A stretch of DNA of 64,000 nucleotides from positions 53,480 through 117,479 of the forward strand of contig JAGWUB010000001.1 in the NCBI GenBank assembly GCA_028868715.1. Direction: 5' to 3'. This document shows, piece by piece, positions 9,515 through 18,243 of the stretch. The DNA is from Patescibacteria group bacterium (GTDB lineage: Bacteria > Patescibacteriota > Minisyncoccia > Phycocordibacterales > UBA9973). Every line of letters starts with the position of its first letter. Position 1 is the first letter of the stretch. The translations under genes were made by a program, and so were the position numbers. The notes under the pieces are model-generated. The model saw only the letters and a list, made by a program, of their open reading frames with translations, made no database searches and was not told where the DNA came from.

Positions 9515-11047
9515 ATGAGTATAACATTAATAACGATTCTAATAAGCGCAGTGGCGCTTCTTTTAGGTGCAGGTATCGGATACTACCTACGCTTGATAAT
9601 AGCTTTAGGCAAGCGAAGGTCTATCGAAATAGACATCAAGCAAATGATGGTTGGCGCCAAGGAGGAGGCGCAAAGGATCACCGATGAAGCCAAGAAGGCC
9701 TCTGAAGCCAAGCTAGCGGAATTAAAAGAAGAAGAAAAGAAAAAGGAGCAAGAATTTAAAGAAACTGAAAAAAGACTTATCAAAAAAGATGAGTTTTTGG
9801 ATGCTCGGCAGACAGAAATAGATAAAGAGGTAGAAAACATCAAAACAAAAGTAGAGGAAATAAAAAATATCAAAGAGAAAGTAATAAAAATAGAAGGAGA
9901 AAAGAGAGCTGAACTAGAAAAAGTAGCTGGGCTCTCCGAGGAAGAGGCCAAAGAAGAACTCTTGAAGGAAGTTGAGAAGAAATATGAAGAGGATATTGTA
10001 GTCAGAATCCAAAAAATTGAAAATGTGAATGAGGAAAAATTGGAAAGAAGGGCAAAAGACATTTTGGCCACCTCAATACAACGACTCGCTAAAAGTACTG
10101 CCTCCGAATTGATGACTACCGTCGTATCCATCCCAAACAATGAAATTAAAGGGAAAATTATAGGTAAAGAAGGTAGAAATATCAGGGCTTTTGAAAGAGC
10201 CGCTGGGGTGGAGCTCATCGTGGATGATACTCCGGGCTCAATCGTCATCTCTTCCTTTGATCCTATCAGGAGGCAAGTCGCGCGTCTGGCTTTAGAAAAC
10301 CTAATATTAGACGGACGAATTCAACCAGCCAAAATAGAAGAACTAGTAGAAAAGGCTAAAGAAGAAATAAATAAAATAATCAAAGAAAAAGGCGAGCAAG
10401 CCGTATACGAATGCGGAATCTTCAATCTAGACCCACGCATCGTCGCTATTGTCGGCAGACTTTATTTCCGCACCAGTTACGGACAAAATGTTCTCCAGCA
10501 CTCTGTAGAAATGGCGCACATCGCTGGTATGATTGCCGAAGAATTGGGCGTGGATGTAGCTATAGCTAAAGCCGGAGCCTTAGTGCACGACATCGGAAAA
10601 GCGCTTGACCACGAAGTCCAAGGAACCCACGTAGACATAGGTATGCGTATCTTGCAAAAATTCGGTGCCGACGAGCGAATTATTACCTCGATGAAGAGTC
10701 ACCACGAGCAATATCCATATGAAACGATTGAGTCTGTCATCGTTCAGACAGCTGACGCAATTTCCGGAGGACGACCTGGAGCTCGCCGTGACTCAGTAGA
10801 AAATTACCTCAAGAGACTTCAAGAGCTTGAAGCCTTGGTAAACGCCTTTCCGGCGATTGAAAAGTCATACGCGCTACAGGCGGGACGAGAAATTCGTATA
10901 TTTGTTACTCCAGAAAAAATTACTGACGCCGAAGCCAAGCTAATGGCGCGAGATATTGCAATAAAAATAGAACAAGAACTCAAATATCCAGGCGAAATCA
11001 AAGTCACGATGATACGAGAGACTAGAATTATAGAATACGCGAGATAA
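9515..11047 (+). CDS. rny: Ribonuclease Y
   Basis: N-terminal TM, coiled coil, KH (KGKIIGKEGRNIR), HD (HDIGK), ADAISGGRPGAR. Confidence 0.97.
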   Translation: MSITLITILISAVALLLGAGIGYYLRLIIALGKRRSIEIDIKQMMVGAKEEAQRITDEAKKASEAKLAELKEEEKKKEQEFKETEKRLIKKDEFLDARQTEIDKEVENIKTKVEEIKNIKEKVIKIEGEKRAELEKVAGLSEEEAKEELLKEVEKKYEEDIVVRIQKIENVNEEKLERRAKDILATSIQRLAKSTASELMTTVVSIPNNEIKGKIIGKEGRNIRAFERAAGVELIVDDTPGSIVISSFDPIRRQVARLALENLILDGRIQPAKIEELVEKAKEEINKIIKEKGEQAVYECGIFNLDPRIVAIVGRLYFRTSYGQNVLQHSVEMAHIAGMIAEELGVDVAIAKAGALVHDIGKALDHEVQGTHVDIGMRILQKFGADERIITSMKSHHEQYPYETIESVIVQTADAISGGRPGARRDSVENYLKRLQELEALVNAFPAIEKSYALQAGREIRIFVTPEKITDAEAKLMARDIAIKIEQELKYPGEIKVTMIRETRIIEYAR

Positions 11048-11200
11048 AATCAAACACTTGCCTTAAAAAACCCTTGATATATAATAAATGTAGGCTACAA
11101 ATGTAGTAATTTATAAGTAAAAGGCCACCGTTCGCTCCACCATAGTGGAGCAAGCACCGGGGCAGGGTCGAAAGATTTACAAAAATAACTTTAAAAACAT

Positions 11201-11473
11201 ATGAATAAACAAGCATTAGCTGATTTAGTACATGTAAAGCTTGGTGGTACAAAGGTACAAGCCGAGGAAGTTGTTGATGGATTGTTTGATGCCATCATCG
11301 CGACTTTGAAAAAAGGTGGTGAAGTTTCAATCGCTGGCTTCGGAATCTTTTCCGTAAAGCAAAGAGCAGCTCGTATGGCTCGTAACCCAAAAACTGGAGA
11401 ACAAGTCAAAGTAGCCGCAAAAAGAGTTCCAAAATTCCGACCTGCAAAAGGTTTGAAGGACACTGTTGCTTAA
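11201..11473 (+). CDS. hup: DNA-binding protein HU
   Basis: GFGIF...RAARMARNPKTGE...VPKFRPAKGLK. Confidence 0.96.
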   Translation: MNKQALADLVHVKLGGTKVQAEEVVDGLFDAIIATLKKGGEVSIAGFGIFSVKQRAARMARNPKTGEQVKVAAKRVPKFRPAKGLKDTVA

Positions 11474-11498
11474 ATTTTATCTCGCGAGACAAAATATA

Positions 11499-11541
11499 GC
11501 ATAAACAAAAAACACCCTTATCGGGTGTTTTTTGTTTATGC
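11499..11541. terminator. Bidirectional intrinsic terminator
   Basis: GCATAAACAAAAAACACCC-TTATC-GGGTGTTTTTTGTTTATGC between convergent hup and lexA. Confidence 0.85.
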
Positions 11542-11544
11542 ATT

Positions 11545-12123
11545 TTAATACTTCCTGATAACTGCCTTCACGACGGCATTTATATTTAAAGAGTGCTCTG
11601 GGTAAATTGGTTTGTATTTCTTGTTAGCTGGTTCGAGCCAAACTTTGTTTCCAGACTTGCGGAAATACTTCATGGTAAATTCTCCGTCTACTTCAGCGAT
11701 AACTATTTGCATATCACGGGCGATATTTGCTCGCTCCACGAGAACCATATCCCCTTTTTCAATGTGCGCATCAATCATAGAATCACCATCCACTTCGAGC
11801 ATATAAGTGAGTGATTTATTTTTTACCAACATATCGTCTAGGTTCACCGTGTCTACTTGTTCTTCTTCAACCGTAGCTGGTAGTCCAGCTGTCACTAGCC
11901 CAGCCATTTGAATACTGTTAAGATTTTCTGCAAAAGACTCTGACGGAATAAGTCTGCCCAAGTGATCCTTGGCCACCAACCCTGCTTCCATTAATTTCTC
12001 CACCACCTTAAACACGGCGTTCTTGGATTTGAAACCAAAGAGCTTCATCATCTCAGAATAGGTGGGCATTCGTTTATTTTTGGAGTAGAAAGATTCTATC
12101 TCGGTTTGATGAGAATTATGCAT
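11545..12123 (-). CDS. lexA: LexA repressor
   Basis: HTH (PTYSEMMKLFGFKSKNAV), cleavage site VTAG, catalytic GDSM and TMK. Start moved to ATG 12123, which overlaps the upstream stop. Confidence 0.88.
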   Translation of the reverse strand: MHNSHQTEIESFYSKNKRMPTYSEMMKLFGFKSKNAVFKVVEKLMEAGLVAKDHLGRLIPSESFAENLNSIQMAGLVTAGLPATVEEEQVDTVNLDDMLVKNKSLTYMLEVDGDSMIDAHIEKGDMVLVERANIARDMQIVIAEVDGEFTMKYFRKSGNKVWLEPANKKYKPIYPEHSLNINAVVKAVIRKY

Positions 12124-12322
12124 AGATATTCTTCTCAAAGAAGAGGTGAATTATCCTTTGCCCAAAGCTTTGCCTGGTATGGTAGCGAACTTTCTGTAAG
12201 AGTAGTTTATGGTCTCTCGCCTCCTTGAAGTAAGTCTCGCCTTGGAGAATCTTTAAATCAATTTTTTTATTAATCTTTTGTATTTCTCGTTCTAACATTT
12301 TTAAATATTGTGATTGAGACAT
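12116..12322 (-). CDS. Small hypothetical protein translationally coupled to lexA
   Basis: MSQSQYLKMLEREIQKINKKIDLKIL...; the stop overlaps the lexA ATG (ATGCATAA). Confidence 0.65.
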   Translation of the reverse strand: MSQSQYLKMLEREIQKINKKIDLKILQGETYFKEARDHKLLLQKVRYHTRQSFGQRIIHLFFEKNIYA

Positions 12323-12371
12323 ATAATTGCCCATTTGCTGGGTGGTTAAAATACTAATTAACGACTTAACT

Positions 12372-12400
12372 AGTATAAGTGAACGAGCGTTCACTGTCAA
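12372..12400 (-). promoter_or_regulatory. Promoter with LexA (SOS) operator in the spacer
   Basis: Minus strand TTGACA-gtGAACgctcGTTCact-TATACT with a 17-bp spacer. The palindrome GTGAAC-N4-GTTCAC is at 12379-12394 and a DnaA box at 12410-12418. Confidence 0.8.
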
Positions 12401-12439
12401 CAATATACCTGTGGATAACCCCCACACCTTTTGTTTTAT

Positions 12440-13990
12440 TTAAACATTCACCTTGGGTCGATATTGGATGGCTTCTAGGATGTGCTTGCCTTCAATCTCG
12501 GGAGAGTTTTCTAGGTCAGCGATGGTACGGGCAATTTTGATGACTCGGTGGTAAGCTCGCGCCGAGAGGCCGAGCCTCTCGGCGCTATCATCTAGCAAGT
12601 CGCGCACTTCTTTTTTTAATTTCACAATCCCCGACAAATCTTTCACATTCATTTCACTGTTGGTATTTATTTTTCTGCCGAGTTTTCCAAATCTATTCTT
12701 TTGAATCTCGCGCGCTCCTGCTACGCGCTCTTTTATCTTTTCGCTTTTCTCTCCATTCCCCTCTCCGCCGAGCTTCTTGTAATCCACGTTGCCGACCGAA
12801 ACCCAAAGATCAATCCGGTCCATGATTGGCCCAGAAAGTTTTCTTTTATATCTATCCAAATCAGATGGTTTACAAATACATGCCTTTTTCTTACTCCCAG
12901 CATTTCCACAAGGGCAAGGATTCATCGCCGCCACCAGTATAAAGTTTGATGGAAAGATAGCTGAGCCTTTAGCTCGAGAAATGGAAACAATATTATCTTC
13001 GAGAGGCTGACGCAAAGATTCTATGACTCTCTTTTCAAATTCTGGGAATTCATCTAAAAATAAAACTCCACGGTGCGCCAAAGTCACTTCCCCAGGCTTC
13101 GGATAAGTTCCGCCGCCAATCAATGATACGTACGAAGAAGTGTGGTGTGGGGCGCGAAATGGCGGAAAGCAAACCAGTTCACCTTGGGTACTACCAGCCA
13201 CTGAATGAATTCCAGTAATTTCTAACACTTCTTCAGTACTTAAGTCTGGCAATAATCCAGAAAATACTCTGGCGAGCATTGTCTTGCCAGTACCGGGCGG
13301 ACCATACATAGCAATGTTGTGTCCGCCGGCAGCTGCAATTTCCAATCCTCGTTTAGCAGTTTCTTGTCCACGAATATCAGAAAAGTCTCCACCTTTTATT
13401 TCTTTTTTATAACTTATGTTGGTTTTAGGTTGGCTAGGAATTTTCTTGGGGATTTTTTCACTTCCCCTAGCTGGAATATCTAAATGTTCTATGACTTCTC
13501 TCAAGTTGCTAGCTCCAAAAATTTTTATGCCTTCCACCAGCGCTGCTTCGACTGCATTTTCTTTTGGTAAATATATTTCTTCAAATCCACGCCTTTTTGC
13601 TTCTTCAGCCAGTGGCAAGGCTCCACGGATACTGCGCAGAGTGCCATCGAGACCTAGCTCGCCTAGAAAAATCTTCTTTTCTGAATCAAATTTTATTTCC
13701 CCAGCCGAGAGCAAATAGGCGACGGCAATCGCCAGATCAAAAAACGGCCCTTCTTTTTTCAAGTCGGCCGGTGACAATGATACTATTATTTTTTGATTTT
13801 TAGCTTTGGGAGATTTAAAACCAGAATTTTTTATTGCCCCACTGACTCTGTCTTTGGATTCATCTACTGCTTTATCAGGGAGACCCACCACGCTAAAGGT
13901 GTGTAGACCCTTAGATAAGTCTACCTCGATAGTCACGATCGCTCCTTTCAGTAAATTCACTTGTGCTGAATAAACTTTTGCGAAACTCAT
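12440..13990 (-). CDS. comM: YifB/ComM Mg-chelatase-like AAA+ ATPase
   Basis: VGLPDKAV.ES, GPPGTGKTML, FRAPHH, HRGVLFLDE, AAMNPCPCG. Confidence 0.93.
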   Translation of the reverse strand: MSFAKVYSAQVNLLKGAIVTIEVDLSKGLHTFSVVGLPDKAVDESKDRVSGAIKNSGFKSPKAKNQKIIVSLSPADLKKEGPFFDLAIAVAYLLSAGEIKFDSEKKIFLGELGLDGTLRSIRGALPLAEEAKRRGFEEIYLPKENAVEAALVEGIKIFGASNLREVIEHLDIPARGSEKIPKKIPSQPKTNISYKKEIKGGDFSDIRGQETAKRGLEIAAAGGHNIAMYGPPGTGKTMLARVFSGLLPDLSTEEVLEITGIHSVAGSTQGELVCFPPFRAPHHTSSYVSLIGGGTYPKPGEVTLAHRGVLFLDEFPEFEKRVIESLRQPLEDNIVSISRAKGSAIFPSNFILVAAMNPCPCGNAGSKKKACICKPSDLDRYKRKLSGPIMDRIDLWVSVGNVDYKKLGGEGNGEKSEKIKERVAGAREIQKNRFGKLGRKINTNSEMNVKDLSGIVKLKKEVRDLLDDSAERLGLSARAYHRVIKIARTIADLENSPEIEGKHILEAIQYRPKVNV

Positions 13991-14011
13991 ATTGTTTATG
14001 AATTATTAAAA

Positions 14012-14368
14012 TTACTTTTCTAGATGTTTTTTACAAGTTCTAGCCGCTGGATTGGCTTCTAGTCGGGCTGCTTCAATGTCTTTTTTACAAACTTCACACT
14101 TTCCAAAAGACTCTCTATTTATCCCCTTCAGTGCTTTCAAAATCATATTTAGTCTAGGCTCCAATGTCTTAATCATAGAACTTCGGGCCTCGAAATCCTC
14201 AAACCTATCCGCCATGTCATTTTGGTCCGACTGTGGAGAGCTAATCTCTTCTGGGGTCGCTTCCCATTCACCCGTATCAGGATCTAGTTTGCCCATATCG
14301 CGCAATTCTCCTAAAAGCATGTCGCGTTCCTTCTCTAATTTTTCTTTAATTTTTTTCTTATCTAACAT
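14012..14368 (-). CDS. DksA/TraR family zinc-finger protein
   Basis: Coiled-coil tip DQNDMAD and GKCEVC...RLEANPAARTCKKH. Start moved to ATG 14368. Confidence 0.85.
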   Translation of the reverse strand: MLDKKKIKEKLEKERDMLLGELRDMGKLDPDTGEWEATPEEISSPQSDQNDMADRFEDFEARSSMIKTLEPRLNMILKALKGINRESFGKCEVCKKDIEAARLEANPAARTCKKHLEK

Positions 14369-14402
14369 GCCCAAATGATAACACTTTAATTTCCTATAGC
14401 AA

Positions 14403-14441
14403 GCCCCCACACCTTTTGTTTTTAACGAAAGGTGTAGGGGC
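14403..14441. repeat. Hairpin whose left arm recurs at 12419-12437
   Basis: GCCCCCACACCTTT-N11-AAAGGTGTAGGGGC. CCCCCACACCTTTTGTTTT is identical at 12419-12437. Confidence 0.65.
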
Positions 14442-14502
14442 AAGTACTATTTTTTTGTTTAATTCTGTGCTAGAATATTCGAGTGTTAATAATTTAATAT
14501 TG

Positions 14503-14597
14503 TTTTATCGAGAGTGGTGGTAGAGAATTGGCTCAGCGACCCCACAGCAACCTAAAATATAAGGTGCTAACTCCAACCCTAACCGGGAAAGATAATT
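14503..14597 (+). ncRNA. SAM-I-family (S-box) riboswitch
   Basis: TTATC-GAGAGTGGTGG-AGAG...TGGC...GACCCCACAGCAACC...AAGGTGCTAACTCC...GAAAGATAA core directly upstream of metK. Confidence 0.85.
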
Positions 14598-14607
14598 AGT
14601 CATTATA

Positions 14608-14637
14608 TTTCCTGTGTTATCAGGAATTTTTTGTTTT
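14608..14637 (+). terminator. Riboswitch expression-platform terminator
   Basis: TTCCTG-TGTTAT-CAGGAA followed by a T-tract, before the metK ATG. Confidence 0.6.
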
Positions 14638-14650
14638 CAATTATCTCACC

Positions 14651-15628
14651 ATGAAAAAAACAGCCGAATTTGTAAGCCCAAAACATCCCGACAAAATTTG
14701 CGATTTCATCGCCGACAGTATTTTAGATGCTTACTTGGAGGGCGACAGAGAAAGCCGAGTTGCGATTGAAATAATGGGCGGACACAATTTGATCACTATC
14801 AACGGTGAAGTTACTTCCAAGAGTAGTCCGAATATAGAAAAGCTGGTGAAAGAAATTGTCGGAGAAAGTTATAAAGTTGTAACCAATATTGTTTTACAAA
14901 GTACAGAAATTGCAGAAGGTGTGAACACCGGCGGAGCAGGAGACCAAGGAATTATGAAAGGTTATGCCACAAATGAGACAGCCGAATACCTACCACTAGA
15001 ATACGTACTGGCTCGTGATTTGTGCCAAAAAATATTTAATGTGTATCCCTACGACGGCAAAACCCAAGTAACTATAGAGGGTGACAAAGTGCTCACTGTG
15101 GTTGCCAGTTTTCAAAATACAAAAAATGACGAACTTTTAAAATTAACTAAAGAAATAATTAAATCTAATGAATATTTGATAAATCCAGCGGGAGAATGGA
15201 CATATGGTGGTTTTGACGCGGACACCGGACTTTCCGGTAGAAAATTAATCATAGACAACTATGGTCCGCAAATAGCAATCGGTGGTGGCTCTTTTTCAGG
15301 TAAAGATGCCACCAAGGTAGATCGCTCTGGTGCCTATATGGCGCGTTATGTCGCTAAAAATTTAGTTGCGAGTGGATATGGCAAAGAAGTATTAGTCTCT
15401 GTGGCGTATGCTATCGGCATGGCTGAACCATTGATGATAGAAGCTGTAAATGAAAAGGGTGAAGACTTGGCAGATATTGTAAAGAAAAATTTTGATTTTA
15501 AACCACTTGCCATCATCACCCGCCTCGGCTTGCGTGATCCGATCTTTCGCCAAACCGCCACCTATGGCCACTTCGGCAAACCAAATTTACCATGGGAAAA
15601 AGTTGAGAAAATAAAAGTAAAAAAGTAA
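14651..15628 (+). CDS. metK: S-adenosylmethionine synthetase (compact form)
   Basis: HPDKICD, GAGDQG, DGKTQVT, GGGSFSGKDATKVDRSGAY, TATYGHFG. Confidence 0.96.
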   Translation: MKKTAEFVSPKHPDKICDFIADSILDAYLEGDRESRVAIEIMGGHNLITINGEVTSKSSPNIEKLVKEIVGESYKVVTNIVLQSTEIAEGVNTGGAGDQGIMKGYATNETAEYLPLEYVLARDLCQKIFNVYPYDGKTQVTIEGDKVLTVVASFQNTKNDELLKLTKEIIKSNEYLINPAGEWTYGGFDADTGLSGRKLIIDNYGPQIAIGGGSFSGKDATKVDRSGAYMARYVAKNLVASGYGKEVLVSVAYAIGMAEPLMIEAVNEKGEDLADIVKKNFDFKPLAIITRLGLRDPIFRQTATYGHFGKPNLPWEKVEKIKVKK

Positions 15629-15685
15629 AATGACGAGCAGTTTCAAAGAAACTTGCTCGCCATTGATGTTTATCATCCTCTCCTT

Positions 15686-16171
15686 TTATTCAATTTTTAT
15701 CACTTTATAGTGGTGATTTTTGTTTGCATGGCAAAACTCCACTTCGTCACCGACCTCGGTGCCGAGAAGAGGCGCTACCAACGGTGCAGTATATGAGAAG
15801 GTGGGGATCTTCCCCATTTTTCTTTTTTCGAAAACAAGGAAACTACCGACCCGGAAAGCTCTTCCCCTCCCAGAGAACATCTCACGAACAGCCACAAGCC
15901 GTCCGATCTTTACGGTGCCATCGTTTGGCTCCGGATCTACGATGGTCGCCGAGTTTCGCAGGCGGATTAACTCCTTGGCCTTTTTGGCCCACATATTAAT
16001 GACCCGCTCTCCATCCATAAAGCCAGCATTCCCATATTCATCGCCACGTTCATCTTGAACGCTTTCTGCGACTTGAATCGCTGCTGTAAGCGCACGAGTG
16101 TTAGCCTCGTCAATTTCCCGCTCCAACGATTCAAGGCCGTCTTTTGTGAAATAAACTCTCATTTTCTCCAT
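15686..16171 (-). CDS. GreA/GreB-like transcription factor (divergent)
   Basis: YFTKDGLESLE, ERGDEYGNAGF, VKIGRLV, SYTAPLVAPLLGTEVGDEV; preceded by a GGAGG SD. Confidence 0.75.
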   Translation of the reverse strand: MEKMRVYFTKDGLESLEREIDEANTRALTAAIQVAESVQDERGDEYGNAGFMDGERVINMWAKKAKELIRLRNSATIVDPEPNDGTVKIGRLVAVREMFSGRGRAFRVGSFLVFEKRKMGKIPTFSYTAPLVAPLLGTEVGDEVEFCHANKNHHYKVIKIE

Positions 16172-16341
16172 CCCTCCAAGTTTTTTTATTTTTTAGAACA
16201 CAACTCCGTAATGAAGATAACATTTTTACGACATAAAGTCAAGTATCTGTCAACATGTTAAAATAGCCTCATTTATTGGTTAAAGTGATTGATATGGAGT
16301 TTGCTTGACTATAGGCATTACCTTGATACTATGAATAGTAC

Positions 16342-17004
16342 ATGGATCCTTCTAAGAAAGTATTAGTTTTGTTTTCTGGTGGTCGAGATTCTTCGTCAGT
16401 AGTTATTGAAATGGTACGTGCTGGATATTATGTGAAACTGTTTACTTATCAAGGTGGATTGCCAGAATTAGTTGGCCCACGTGGTGATTCAGCTCCCGAT
16501 ATTAGGCATATGGAATTAATGAAAGTTTTCCCAAAGAATATTGACGTGGAACGTATTATTACTGGGAATGCTTACTTATTAAGAAAATTAGCAATAGAAA
16601 AAACAAATAGTATGCATGTAGTGTATCCCATTGCCATTGCACTTGGTATACACGCAGGCGCTATTTTGTATTGTTTAGAAAATGGTATTCACGATATTGC
16701 ATGTGGATATTCTGGATATCAAGGAAAAGAAGACAGATATATTGAACAACGTGAAGACTTTTTCGATCGCATGAAAGTTTTCCTAAAAGATTATGATATT
16801 GAATATCATGCACCGATCATTAAGAAATCAAAAAATGAGGTAATGGATATATTAGAACGCTACGGAGTCAGCTCAAATTCACTTGAAAATAAAGCGATTT
16901 GGGGAGGTATTCCATTTGATATTGATAAAGCAGAGGAATATTGGGAAAAAGCGCTACCAGTGTTTAGGGAGTATATTGAGTATATGAGGCCTTCACATAA
17001 ATAA
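16342..17004 (+). CDS. QueC-like PP-loop (adenine nucleotide alpha-hydrolase) protein lacking the Zn-binding Cys cluster
   Basis: VLVLFSGGRDS PP-loop and ...HAPIIKKSKNEV; no CxxCxxC. Confidence 0.7.
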   Translation: MDPSKKVLVLFSGGRDSSSVVIEMVRAGYYVKLFTYQGGLPELVGPRGDSAPDIRHMELMKVFPKNIDVERIITGNAYLLRKLAIEKTNSMHVVYPIAIALGIHAGAILYCLENGIHDIACGYSGYQGKEDRYIEQREDFFDRMKVFLKDYDIEYHAPIIKKSKNEVMDILERYGVSSNSLENKAIWGGIPFDIDKAEEYWEKALPVFREYIEYMRPSHK

Positions 17005-17007
17005 AAT

Positions 17008-17565
17008 ATGAATTTATCTCCATATGTAAAGAAAGCATTATATTTTGCCGCTGAAAAGCATGATGGGCAATATCGTAAGGGTGGACATGTGCCATACATC
17101 GTACATCCTGTGCAGGTCGCATTTACTATATCTACATATACAAACAACGAAAATGTAATTGCCGCAGCACTCCTTCATGATGTCCTTGAGGATTGTGCTG
17201 ACGTATCCCTTGCTATACTTCAAAATGAATTTAATGATAGTACTGCTCAAATAGTTTACGAAGTAAGTCTTGTTGATAGTAAAAAATATAAAACCTGGAA
17301 AGAAAAGAAGAAAGCTTACTTAGAAAAAATAAAAAATGCGTCAAAAAACGCACTTATGATTGTTGCTGCTGATAAAATGAGCAATATGCATGGATATTTC
17401 TCAGCCTTAAGAGATAAGGGTGATTTAGTAGCCAAAGATTTTGGCGGAACAACTGATGAATATTTTTGGTATTATGTCGAAGTTGGCAAGGTACTTTTTT
17501 CAATACTTGGTGAACATCCTATTGTAAAAGACTACAATGATATATTAAAATTTTTTAGTAAATAA
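17008..17565 (+). CDS. HD-domain small alarmone hydrolase (Mesh1/SpoT-HD-like)
   Basis: HDGQYRK...PYIVHP...AALLHDVLED...ADKMSN. Confidence 0.88.
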   Translation: MNLSPYVKKALYFAAEKHDGQYRKGGHVPYIVHPVQVAFTISTYTNNENVIAAALLHDVLEDCADVSLAILQNEFNDSTAQIVYEVSLVDSKKYKTWKEKKKAYLEKIKNASKNALMIVAADKMSNMHGYFSALRDKGDLVAKDFGGTTDEYFWYYVEVGKVLFSILGEHPIVKDYNDILKFFSK

Positions 17566-17584
17566 ACTCTTACACTTTTTCTTT

Positions 17585-18088
17585 TTAAGAATTATATTTT
17601 CGATTATGATAACCTTCATGCAAGGTTTCATTTATTTCGTTGAAAGCTGTAGTGGTGATTTGTATTTCAAAAGGCATTTCATTTTTGTATGCAATAAATT
17701 GTAAAAGTTGTAACTTCTTACCTTCTTTAGATTCATCCGGACGTACCATTGGTTCTTTTATATAATCATGATCCAAATAGCCAGGGAAAGTTTGCCATAT
17801 TTTTTCAAGAACTTTATAAACATCGTCAACTGATTCTACTATAATACGTATACCATACACATCATCGATAGAAAAAATACTTTTTACGTTTTTTAACTGT
17901 ATTTTTTTCTGCAACGTTTCTGGGTCTTTTATACGGAAACTAACAACTTTATTTTTTACAGTTTTTTCTAAAAGTATTTTAATATCGTTCGATAGGTCTT
18001 TTATAGTACAACCTATACATTGTTCATACACAGAAACAGTCTCAGGTATTGTTTCATGTTTCTTTATTTTATTAAATGATTCTTTCAT
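17585..18088 (-). CDS. RelA/SpoT synthetase-domain protein (small alarmone synthetase-like)
   Basis: RIKDPETLQKK, DVYGIRIIV, DYIKEP, FEIQITT, H..Y motifs. Confidence 0.82.
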   Translation of the reverse strand: MKESFNKIKKHETIPETVSVYEQCIGCTIKDLSNDIKILLEKTVKNKVVSFRIKDPETLQKKIQLKNVKSIFSIDDVYGIRIIVESVDDVYKVLEKIWQTFPGYLDHDYIKEPMVRPDESKEGKKLQLLQFIAYKNEMPFEIQITTTAFNEINETLHEGYHNRKYNS

Positions 18089-18138
18089 ATAATTATATTT
18101 AAGTTTATCAAAAAATTACAATAATAACTATATTCTAA

Positions 18139-18166
18139 TTGACAAAGGTATGCTTTGCAGTATAAT
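18139..18166 (+). promoter_or_regulatory. Consensus sigma70 promoter of the dehydrogenase-ligase operon
   Basis: TTGACA-16 bp-TATAAT. Confidence 0.7.
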
Positions 18167-18243
18167 CGTTGTTATATAGCGTTTATTGTTGTATTCAAAA
18201 AATGGAAGTCCGAAAAGTGGTTTAATTCGTTTCGATAGAAACT

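Noticed and set aside
16342-17004. Calling this gene queC
   Set aside because: It lacks the Zn-binding cysteines, and no queD/E/F are nearby.
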